DNA of 32,000 nucleotides, from contig CP060262.1 of the NCBI GenBank assembly GCA_022646745.1, positions 3,000,001 to 3,032,000 on the forward strand, written 5' to 3'. The position numbers and the translations under genes were made by a program. The first letter of the stretch is position 1. The number at the start of each line of letters is the position of its first letter. Of this stretch, positions 9,924 through 17,633 are shown piece by piece. The stretch comes from Planctomycetales bacterium. GTDB lineage: Bacteria > 4484-113 > JAFGCY01. The notes below the pieces were generated by a model. It was not told where the DNA came from. It saw only the letters and a list, made by a program, of their open reading frames with translations, and did no database searches.

Positions 9924-10464
9924 TACCGGCCTCCCTGCCATCCACGAGGAAGTCGATTTCCTGCTTGTCGGAATCACGCAGCATGAAGCGGTCCGTCTGC
10001 GGCTCAAGGCGGAAGTCCTTGAGGTCAAATGCTCCAAGCGGGCGGACCTTCACCGCCATCAGCAGCGGGTCGCCGTTAACCCCGTCGCCATGCCAGCGGC
10101 GGGTATAGGCGAAGTCCAGCTTGCCGGGTTCGGCGATGTTGTCGATGAAGTAGCTGTTGTCCGGCTGGCCCAGCCCGCCACCGGCTTCCACCACGATCAC
10201 TTCGTACAGGGCGGAGTCATAGCGCAGGCTGCCGGCGATCTGGTACAGGTCACGCGCATGCTTGCCATGCAGCAGCACGCGGTAGCTGCCGTCGTCGTAG
10301 GATTCACTGCTCAGCTGCAGGTCAAGCGTCTGGCGCAGGGCATCGTCAGACCCCTGGACCTGCTGCGCCGGTGAGTGCTGGCCCTGCTGGCCACCACCAC
10401 CACCGCACGCGAAAAGGAATAACACTGCGGCAAACACCACAGCAACAGCCTTCAATGCACGCAT
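9916..10464 (-). CDS. small lipoprotein, cohesin-like pattern, copy A
   Basis: Start set at ATG 10464 (MRALKAVAVVFAAVLFLFAC, lipobox LFAC followed by GGGGG). The stop TAG at 9916-9918 overlaps the protease ATG at 9921-9923 within an 8-nt overlap. Paralogous to 13888-14433. Confidence 0.75.
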   Translation of the reverse strand: MRALKAVAVVFAAVLFLFACGGGGGQQGQHSPAQQVQGSDDALRQTLDLQLSSESYDDGSYRVLLHGKHARDLYQIAGSLRYDSALYEVIVVEAGGGLGQPDNSYFIDNIAEPGKLDFAYTRRWHGDGVNGDPLLMAVKVRPLGAFDLKDFRLEPQTDRFMLRDSDKQEIDFLVDGREAGNE

Positions 10465-10546
10465 TGCACCCACCTGTGAGAAAGATTCTCCTGGCCCGTA
10501 AGGGGCGGGACAGCGTCCCGGCAAATCCCCGAAACTGACCCGCAGC

Positions 10547-13500
10547 CTACTTCTGGTCTAGTCCTGTGAGGTTCGGCGGCGGTAGTTTAATTGTAATTGA
10601 ATACCCGTCGGATGCAATGCCTCTTCGCAGAATCACCACACTTCCACTGGGTGAGGCAGCGGGCACCGTGCACACGATTTCCGTGTCATTCCAGCTCGTG
10701 ATGCTGGCCTGGATGCCGGAAACGGTCACCTTGCCGAAGTCCTCCGGCGGATTGCTGCCGAAGCCGGAGCCGCTGATGGTGATGCTGTCGCCGTTCACCA
10801 CGCTGGCAGGCGTGACGTTCGTGATCTGCGGAGCCGAGATCAGCTCCATCTCATCCACGTACCAGCCCTTCTCATCCACGCCGCCATCGGCCTCGAAGAA
10901 CCAGGCAAGCTTGACCTTCTGCCCGAGGTAGCTGTCCAGCCGTGCCCCGGCTTCGCGCCAGGCATTCTGGTTCAGCCCGGTGAACACATGCAGCTGGTTC
11001 CAGGTGTTGAGGTCGGTGGTCACGTAGCAGCGGCCGTAGTCATAGTTCAGCTCGATGTCATAGTGGTGCAGGTAGCCCAGGCCGGGGTCCACAATGCCCT
11101 GGAAGTCGAAGGTCGGCGAGATGAACCAGTCGTACTGGTTGTCGCCGTGGTCACCCACGTCCTTGCCGTAGAACATGCCGGGGCCGCTGTTGTAGCCGCC
11201 GCTGGCCAGGCGGTGCCAGTAGCCCTCACCGTTGACGTCAATCACGCGCCAGGCCGGTTCCGGGTCGCTGGCAAAGCCCTCACTCCATGGAATCGGCAGG
11301 CCGGGGTTGCTGGTGGTCCAGTTGACCGTCTGGCTGGTGGCCTGCAGGTCGCCGTCATACACAACTGCCGTGAAGGTGGCAGCCCCGTCGAACAGCCAGT
11401 CACTGTTCCAGTCCGTCGTGAACGGTGCGCTGAAGTCCTGGAAGATCAGGTCGGTGCCGTTGATGTAGAAGTCCACCTGCAGCACGGCCTCGTCATCCGT
11501 CGCTTCCACGGTGATGGTTTCGAGGCCGGTCAGGATCGCTCCATCCGGCGGAGTGATGCTGATGATGTTCGGCGCCGCGCTCAGTTCCTTCAGCTCCAGC
11601 TCGTCCACCCACCAGCCGGCGGTGCCGCCCTGCTTGTTCAGGCCACTGCCGTCGAACTTCAGGACCAGCCGGATCTCCTCACCGACATAGGCCAGCAGGT
11701 CAACGGCACCGGGATGCCAGCTCAGGGAGCTGCCGGTGTAGCTCACCAGCGGGGTGAGGGTCACGCCCTCATCCTTCGTAACGAACACCTTGCAGGTGTT
11801 CTCGCCGGCGCTGACATTGTGGCGGTGCTGGTAGCGCGCCATCGGGTGCGTGGTGCCGGTCAGGTCGATCTTCGGGCTGACCAGCGCATCATGCTCGTTG
11901 TAGTCATAGCCGCTGCTTTCGCTGCCGATGCCGGCGCTCTTGCTGCCTGAGGATCCCGTGTTCTTGCTTTCCCAGTAGCGGTCGCCATTGGTGTTGTAGC
12001 TGGCCCAGGAGCCGATGCCGGATTCAAAGCCTTCCGACAACGGGAATGTCTCAGCGGTGTTGGAGACATCCAGTGACTTGCCATCCGTGTCTATCTCGCC
12101 TTGGTCATCGGTTGCCACTGCAGTCAGCAACCTTGCATTGCTGCCGGCGGCATTGCCGTCATATACGCCGCGCGTGTCAATTGCCATTTCATAGGGGTCA
12201 GTGCTGTCAGCGCCGTACCAGGCTCCGTTGAGGTAGAAGTCCACGTGGTCGATCGTGCGTCCAGCTGTTGCTGTGGCCGTTGCTGTGACGTTGATGGTGC
12301 CGCTCACGGCATCGCCGTCATTGTGGCTGGTGATGGCAACGGTTGGGGCAGTGGCGGTCTCCACCACGATGTCCAGCGTCATGGTGTCACCGGGCGCTGA
12401 GATGTTGCTCAGGCTGATGAAGGTGTTTGCACCCGGGTTCGGATAGTTCCGGCTGAACGGGTTGGAAGTGTCATCGAAGATGCCGGTGTAGTCCCCGTCT
12501 GTGTTGCCGTCAAAGAACAGGTCGTTGCCATGCCCGAGGTTACCATTGTCCAGCGGGTCCTTCGGGTTTGTGAGGTTCGGGTCCTCGTAGCCGCGCGCAC
12601 TCTCGACATCAACATGCTTGCGGTCCTCATTGGCATTGTCACCGTTGCCGCCGGCCCGTGTCTCATCGATGTGCAGCACCAGCAGGCCTTCGCCAGGCCG
12701 GTTGGCATCGGTGCCGAGCTTGCGGTAGTTCGCCATCAGGAAGTACTGGTCCTCGATCTGGCCATTGGTCCAGACCCGCAGCACTTCCGGGCTGTTCTGG
12801 TAATAGGGCAGGTTATATCCCACCTGGTTCTCGGTGATGTTCTTGGCCGTAACCCATCCGAGCTGGCACTTGCACCAGGGGTCTAGCGAAGGAGGCTTCT
12901 GGCCGTTGTCATAGTTGTAGGCCATCAGCGACCAGTAGCCCATTCCGGCGCTGCCGCCGTTCACGTCATAGAGGTCGGGCAGGCCGAGGATGTGGCCGTA
13001 CTCATGGGCCGCGATCACCATCGTGTGGCTGTCGTTGCCGGTGTTGTAGCCCGAGATGAAGTAGCTGTCGACGATCACGCCGTCCACATGGATATTCAGC
13101 CCGCTCGAGCGGTGCGGCCACAGGCCGCCCTGGAACACCGTGTTCGGGTAGTAGCAGAGCACGGTGTCAACGTAGCCGTCACCGTCCACGTCGAAGTCGC
13201 TGAAGTCCACGAAGGGGTCGGCGTTCAGCACCGCCTCCTTCACCAGCCAGCGGCCACCGTTGTCAATGTACCACTGCTTGGTGTGCTCGCCCTTGTACCA
13301 GCCGTCGCCGCCGGTGCCGGAGGTATCCACCGTGCCGTTGATCGCCAGCTTGCCGTAGCTGGTTTCCTGGTAGTAGTCGTTGATGCTCGGCTTGGGTGCC
13401 GTGCCCAGCGAGAAGAAGCGCTCGTTGAAGTAGTCGACGTCGTAGGTGCCGTAGTTGGCATTCTGGTCCTGGAAGTCCGCGCGCAGCACGTACCACTGGT

Positions 13501-13891
13501 TCGTGCCCTCCGGCGGGGCAATGCTCGCGCCCTTGTTGTCAGGGGCGACCTCATAGCCCAGTTCCAGCAGGTCGAAGTGGTCGATCACGCCGTCCAGGTT
13601 CAGGTCGAAGCGCTGGCTGGCGGCGCTGCCGCTTTCCAGTCCCTCTTCATCGGCAAAGCGATCACGTGTGTAGCCGAGGTACTTGCGGATGCCGTCGTAC
13701 TGCTCAAGTGCACTGCCCGACATCGGCGGCTGGGGGTTGAATTCCCAGTCGTTCAGGATCGGGTACATCTCCTCCCAGAGCTTGTCCTTCTCCGGGCCGT
13801 CGAACCACTCCTGCGGAGGACGCACGGTCGCATTGGCAACTGCCCACAGCAGGATCACGAACAGGCTGGTCAGGAAGGCGATGCGGATCAT
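10547..13891 (-). CDS. secreted multidomain M6-family (immune inhibitor A-like) zinc metalloprotease, copy B
   Basis: Signal peptide MIRIAFLTSLFVILLWAVANA. HEYGHILGLPDLYD at 12992-13006 and onward. Ca-loop DLNLDGVIDHFDLLELG at 13556-13606. Same domain order as copy A and colinear along the full length. Confidence 0.88.
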   Translation of the reverse strand: MIRIAFLTSLFVILLWAVANATVRPPQEWFDGPEKDKLWEEMYPILNDWEFNPQPPMSGSALEQYDGIRKYLGYTRDRFADEEGLESGSAASQRFDLNLDGVIDHFDLLELGYEVAPDNKGASIAPPEGTNQWYVLRADFQDQNANYGTYDVDYFNERFFSLGTAPKPSINDYYQETSYGKLAINGTVDTSGTGGDGWYKGEHTKQWYIDNGGRWLVKEAVLNADPFVDFSDFDVDGDGYVDTVLCYYPNTVFQGGLWPHRSSGLNIHVDGVIVDSYFISGYNTGNDSHTMVIAAHEYGHILGLPDLYDVNGGSAGMGYWSLMAYNYDNGQKPPSLDPWCKCQLGWVTAKNITENQVGYNLPYYQNSPEVLRVWTNGQIEDQYFLMANYRKLGTDANRPGEGLLVLHIDETRAGGNGDNANEDRKHVDVESARGYEDPNLTNPKDPLDNGNLGHGNDLFFDGNTDGDYTGIFDDTSNPFSRNYPNPGANTFISLSNISAPGDTMTLDIVVETATAPTVAITSHNDGDAVSGTINVTATATATAGRTIDHVDFYLNGAWYGADSTDPYEMAIDTRGVYDGNAAGSNARLLTAVATDDQGEIDTDGKSLDVSNTAETFPLSEGFESGIGSWASYNTNGDRYWESKNTGSSGSKSAGIGSESSGYDYNEHDALVSPKIDLTGTTHPMARYQHRHNVSAGENTCKVFVTKDEGVTLTPLVSYTGSSLSWHPGAVDLLAYVGEEIRLVLKFDGSGLNKQGGTAGWWVDELELKELSAAPNIISITPPDGAILTGLETITVEATDDEAVLQVDFYINGTDLIFQDFSAPFTTDWNSDWLFDGAATFTAVVYDGDLQATSQTVNWTTSNPGLPIPWSEGFASDPEPAWRVIDVNGEGYWHRLASGGYNSGPGMFYGKDVGDHGDNQYDWFISPTFDFQGIVDPGLGYLHHYDIELNYDYGRCYVTTDLNTWNQLHVFTGLNQNAWREAGARLDSYLGQKVKLAWFFEADGGVDEKGWYVDEMELISAPQITNVTPASVVNGDSITISGSGFGSNPPEDFGKVTVSGIQASITSWNDTEIVCTVPAASPSGSVVILRRGIASDGYSITIKLPPPNLTGLDQK

Positions 13892-14433
13892 GATCCGGCC
13901 CTCCTGAGGCTGGGCTCGAGTTCGTGCTTCTGTGAATCGCGCACGCGCAGGCTGTCCGGCTCCAGCGGCAGGCTGAAGTCGCCGACGGAGAAGTCACCGA
14001 GTGCACGCACCCGCAGTCGCAGCAGGTTCAGGTCACCGGAGTTGATGCGGCCAAACCAGCGGCTGGTGTAGCCAAAGTCCAGCTTGCCCTCGGCGGCGCT
14101 GGAGTTGACGAAGTATGCTTCCTCAGGGCCGCCCAGTCCGCCACCGGCCTCCACCGAGGTGATCTCATACATCGTGGGATCGAACAGCACGCTGCCAGCC
14201 AGCTGGTAGATGTCCGTGGCATCCTCGGCACTGAGCATCAGTGACCATTCGTCACCCTGGATCGGGGTCGCTTCCAGCAGCAGGCTGACATTGCGATCAT
14301 CCAGCGAATCGGGGGAGGGCGCATTGTTGCCAGGTGAGAGATCGGCGTTGCCGCTGCGATCAGCACCGCCTCCGCCGCAGCCGAGCAGTGTCAGCAGCGT
14401 CAGGCAGGTAAGCAAGGATTTCAGTTGCCGCAT
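13888..14433 (-). CDS. small lipoprotein, cohesin-like pattern, copy B
   Basis: MRQLKSLLTCLTLLTLLGC lipobox followed by GGGG. The stop TGA overlaps the protease ATG (ATGA at 13888-13891). Shares the core IYQLAGS..(Y/F)D...YE(V/I)..VEAGGGLG.P...YF......GKLDF.YT.RW with copy A. Confidence 0.8.
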   Translation of the reverse strand: MRQLKSLLTCLTLLTLLGCGGGGADRSGNADLSPGNNAPSPDSLDDRNVSLLLEATPIQGDEWSLMLSAEDATDIYQLAGSVLFDPTMYEITSVEAGGGLGGPEEAYFVNSSAAEGKLDFGYTSRWFGRINSGDLNLLRLRVRALGDFSVGDFSLPLEPDSLRVRDSQKHELEPSLRRAGS

Positions 14434-14461
14434 AGGAGCACCAGTGAAGAACAGATGCTCA

Positions 14462-14491
14462 ATTATAGGGTTTTTCCGGGTTCGCTGCTAA
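14462..14491 (-). promoter_or_regulatory. candidate sigma70-type promoter for cassette B (TTAGCA-N18-TATAAT)
   Basis: On the minus strand, TATAAT lies at 14462-14467 and TTAGCA at 14486-14491, the latter overlapping the stop of the SRPBCC gene. The -10 lies about 30 nt upstream of the lipoprotein ATG. Confidence 0.35.
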
Positions 14492-14955
14492 CCCGCGCTG
14501 CCCGCCTGCGCTGCGGCAATCGCGTTCAGGCCCTGCAGCAGCTCATCGCAGTTCTGGTCCATCACCTGGTTTGCGATGTTATTGACCATCGGGCCTAGCA
14601 TCGGGATGCCGAGCTCGAAGTCCACATTGAGGTGCACCAGTGTGCCGCCGTCCTGCGCCTCGAACTTCCAGTCGCCGTTGTAGATCTTCATGTCGCCCTT
14701 CACTAGCTCGAAGCGGCAGCTCAGGTCAGCTTCGTTCCAGCTGTCGCGCTCGGTCCAGGTGACCTTCTTGCTCATCGGGCCGACCTTGAGCGTAGCCGTC
14801 CATTCCGTGATCAGGCGGCCATTGCCCTCGTCGGACACCACGCGTGCACTGTCCAGGTTGGGCAGCACCTCGGGGAACTTCTCGACCTGGCGGGCAGCGT
14901 TGAACACTGCCTGCGGCGGCAGCGGAATGTGCATCGTCTTGCGGATTTCAAACAT
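14488..14955 (-). CDS. SRPBCC (START/polyketide cyclase/RatA-COQ10-like) ligand-binding domain protein
   Basis: About 155 aa. N-terminal pattern I.lP.....VF.....VE.FPE.LP......V and later W.....F.L..G.m..Y.G.W.F, typical of the RatA/COQ10-like family. Confidence 0.7.
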   Translation of the reverse strand: MFEIRKTMHIPLPPQAVFNAARQVEKFPEVLPNLDSARVVSDEGNGRLITEWTATLKVGPMSKKVTWTERDSWNEADLSCRFELVKGDMKIYNGDWKFEAQDGGTLVHLNVDFELGIPMLGPMVNNIANQVMDQNCDELLQGLNAIAAAQAGSAG

Positions 14956-14961
14956 GGCGGG

Positions 14962-16233
14962 TCATCCCTGGCTCTGGCTGAACTGTTCGAGGATCATACG
15001 GGTGCTTTCACAGGCCTTGTGCAGCCTTGTGATCACGACATCTATCACTTCGGGGGGCATGTGCAGCGGCGGTTCGATGCGCAGCACCTCCGGGTTGTTG
15101 AGGGCGAAGGCGATGAACACCTTCTCCTCGATCACGCTGGCGATCATCAGCTCGCAGATGTCCTTGCTGACGCAGTCGATGCCGATCATCATGCCCTGGC
15201 CGCGCACTTCCGCCAGTACATCGGGGAAGTCCGCCTGCAGCTTCTTCAATGCTTCGAGAAAGTAAGCGCCGTTCTTCTCCGCCTGCTCGGCGTAGCCACC
15301 CTGCTCCAGCAGGTCGAGTGCGGCACAGGCCGCGGCGCAGGCCAGCTCATTGCCACCGAAGGTGCTGGTGTGCACGAGCGGGTTCTCCTGGAACAGCTCC
15401 CAGACGTACTCGGTGCCGATGGTGGCGCCGATCGGCATCACGCCGCCGCCGAGCGACTTGGCCAGCACCAGGATGTCCGGCACGACGCCTTCTCGCTCGC
15501 AGGCGAAGTTGCGCCCGGTGCGCCCCATGCCGGTCTGCACCTCATCAAGGATCAACAGCACTCCATGCTTCTTCGTGATCTCACGTACGCCCGTCAGGTA
15601 GCCCGCGGGAGGCACACGGATGCCGCCTTCACCCTGCACGGGCTCAAGCATCACTGCCGCCGTCGTCTCGGAGATCGCGGCATCAAGGGCCTCGAGGTCG
15701 CCGAAGGGCACCACGCCGAAGTTGGCAATCAGCGGGCGAAACGGTGACTGGAAGTGTTCGCGGTGGGTGCTGGACAGGCTGCCCAGTGTCTTGCCGTGGT
15801 AGGCATTCTTGGCACTGATTATGTCCGGCTTGCCGGTGCGCAGGCGCGCCAGCTTGATGGCGGCCTCGACGGCTTCCGTGCCGCTGTTGCTGATGAAGCT
15901 GTACTTCAGCTCCCCCGGCGTGATCTCCGCCAGGCGGTGAGCCAGGCGGGCCTGTACCGGGTTCAGCAGCAGCTTGCTGGACATCGGCATGCGGTCCAGC
16001 TGCTGCTTGACGGCGCTGACCACGGCCGGGTTGCGGTGGCCGAAGTTGTAGCTGCCGTAGGCGGCAACGCAGTCGATGAATTCGCGGCCGTCACCGGTGC
16101 GCACATGCCAGCCTTCGGCCTCCAGCTCGGCGCTGTCCAGGCCCATGAAGCCCAGCAGGCTGAGCAGGCCGGAGTTGACATGCTCCATGTACCACTGCTT
16201 GGTGGTGGCGTCGTCGGGTAGGGGGTGTGTCAT
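14962..16233 (-). CDS. class-III PLP-dependent aminotransferase (putrescine/acetylornithine aminotransferase-like)
   Basis: Motifs GSYNFGHRNPAV, SNSGTEAVEAAIKLAR, LILDEVQTGMGRTG, PDILVLAKSLGGG (PLP lysine) and TSTFGGNELACAAA. Confidence 0.9.
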   Translation of the reverse strand: MTHPLPDDATTKQWYMEHVNSGLLSLLGFMGLDSAELEAEGWHVRTGDGREFIDCVAAYGSYNFGHRNPAVVSAVKQQLDRMPMSSKLLLNPVQARLAHRLAEITPGELKYSFISNSGTEAVEAAIKLARLRTGKPDIISAKNAYHGKTLGSLSSTHREHFQSPFRPLIANFGVVPFGDLEALDAAISETTAAVMLEPVQGEGGIRVPPAGYLTGVREITKKHGVLLILDEVQTGMGRTGRNFACEREGVVPDILVLAKSLGGGVMPIGATIGTEYVWELFQENPLVHTSTFGGNELACAAACAALDLLEQGGYAEQAEKNGAYFLEALKKLQADFPDVLAEVRGQGMMIGIDCVSKDICELMIASVIEEKVFIAFALNNPEVLRIEPPLHMPPEVIDVVITRLHKACESTRMILEQFSQSQG

Positions 16234-16241
16234 CGGCTTGA

Positions 16242-16892
16242 TTATAGCGAGGGCAGGATGTCCGCGAGCTTCGTATCGGAGTCGCGCATGCTGAAGTCAG
16301 CGGGGATGCTGAACTGCTCGGCGCCCGGCTTGGCGGCTGTGTCGACATTGCTGAGGCGGATTGTGACTGTCACCTTGGGGGACTTGATCACGAGCTGGTG
16401 TGGCTGGCCCTTGTCGGCGATCTCGAAGCTGACGCTGCGGCTGCTCTGGCCACTGTAGACATAACGGCTGCCACCACCGTCGAGCTTCTCCGTTGCCAGT
16501 TTCCAGCCCTTGACCTCGCCGAGCTTCTCACGTTTTGCAAAGCTTGTGAACAGCGAAAGGTAACTGGTGCGGAAGTCGTCACCGAGCGGCATCCGTTCGC
16601 CATTCAGGTTGTCAGGGTAGAGCAGGGCGGCTGTGCCCTTGTCGATGTCCAGGATTGCGACGGTCGGTTCCTGGGTGATGCTGTTGACAACTTCCACCCG
16701 CAGCTGCTTGCCGGCCACGAGGATGCTGCCGTCGAAGTTGATCACCGGGATCTTCTTCGGTGTGTTGGCCTCCTCGCTGTTGAATTCAACTGAAGCGCTG
16801 AATTCCGCGCTGAGGTTCGACTCCGCGGCGATGGCACGCAGCGGGACGAGCGAAAGCAGCACGAGGGCTGCAAGGGGGATGAATGTTCTCAC
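16242..16892 (-). CDS. hypothetical secreted protein
   Basis: GTG start, signal peptide MRTFIPLAALVLLSLVPLRAIAA, coding-like composition. No family recognised. Confidence 0.6.
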   Translation of the reverse strand: MRTFIPLAALVLLSLVPLRAIAAESNLSAEFSASVEFNSEEANTPKKIPVINFDGSILVAGKQLRVEVVNSITQEPTVAILDIDKGTAALLYPDNLNGERMPLGDDFRTSYLSLFTSFAKREKLGEVKGWKLATEKLDGGGSRYVYSGQSSRSVSFEIADKGQPHQLVIKSPKVTVTIRLSNVDTAAKPGAEQFSIPADFSMRDSDTKLADILPSL

Positions 16893-16928
16893 TTGATTAT
16901 TGACGCCTTGCCTGCGGATTTGTTTCAG

Positions 16929-17594
16929 TTATTCAGCTGCTGCGGGGGCGGCCTTCTTGACGAAGGGGTCCAGCAATAGCGGTGCGAATTGATTGGGCTT
17001 GCCGACACGCTTTGAGATGAAGGTCACGCGCCGCAATCCCTTCACATCGATGTCCTTGAAGACGGGCAGGTCATTGGGGGTCAGTGAGACCGGCCCGAAC
17101 AGTTCAGTGCCGTCACCCTGCACGCTGAACTCGATCGCGAAGCGGCCAGTCGGGTCTGAAGCCTCGTCATCGGCAAAGCCGAAGCCAAAGGTCAGCACGT
17201 CCCATTCACCGCCGATGTTGTACTCCAGCACCTGGCTTTCAGCCGGGGTCGAAGTGAATTGGAAAGCGAAGTCATACAGCTTGCTGTTCACCCGGGCTGA
17301 CTGCACCTGTTCCACGCCGGTTTCGGACAGGTCCTCCAGCGGCTGCATCGCGGCCATGTAGGCCCAGTTGGCGGTCTGCAGCCCGGCGCGCTCAGCTTCG
17401 GCACGCGGGATGCCGCCCTGGTCGGCGAGGATGTGGTAGTCCTGCGGGCCACGGGCCGGCGGGCTGGTGTCCTGGCCGACCTCAAGCGTGTTGCGCATGT
17501 CCTCAGGCAGGGCTTCGGGATGCTGCTGGGCATACCAGAAACCCACAGCCACAAGCAGCAGTGCAATCACGACCGTTATCAAGAAGGCCTTCAT
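16929..17594 (-). CDS. hypothetical membrane-anchored protein, C-terminal NPCBM-like beta-sandwich (tentative)
   Basis: ATG 17594 is preceded by a GGGAG Shine-Dalgarno sequence. N-terminal transmembrane anchor KAFLITVVIALLLVAVGFWY. The C-terminal pattern YNIGGEWDVLTFGFGFADDEASDPTGRFAIEFSVQGDGTELFGPVSLTPNDLPVFKDIDVKGLRRVTF resembles NPCBM-type modules; this is inference only. Confidence 0.6.
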   Translation of the reverse strand: MKAFLITVVIALLLVAVGFWYAQQHPEALPEDMRNTLEVGQDTSPPARGPQDYHILADQGGIPRAEAERAGLQTANWAYMAAMQPLEDLSETGVEQVQSARVNSKLYDFAFQFTSTPAESQVLEYNIGGEWDVLTFGFGFADDEASDPTGRFAIEFSVQGDGTELFGPVSLTPNDLPVFKDIDVKGLRRVTFISKRVGKPNQFAPLLLDPFVKKAAPAAAE

Positions 17595-17633
17595 TACCAC
17601 TCCCTCGTGCCAGCTGGCATTACAAAAAGCTTA

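Noticed and set aside
9924-10037. N-terminal extension of protease A given by the ORF track (start 10037), and likewise the extension of lipoprotein A (10465-10524)
   Set aside because: The extensions are Arg/Ser/Thr-rich and lack signal peptides. The protease extension overlaps the upstream lipoprotein coding sequence. Internal ATGs at 9923 and 10464 give canonical signal and lipoprotein peptides and mirror cassette B.
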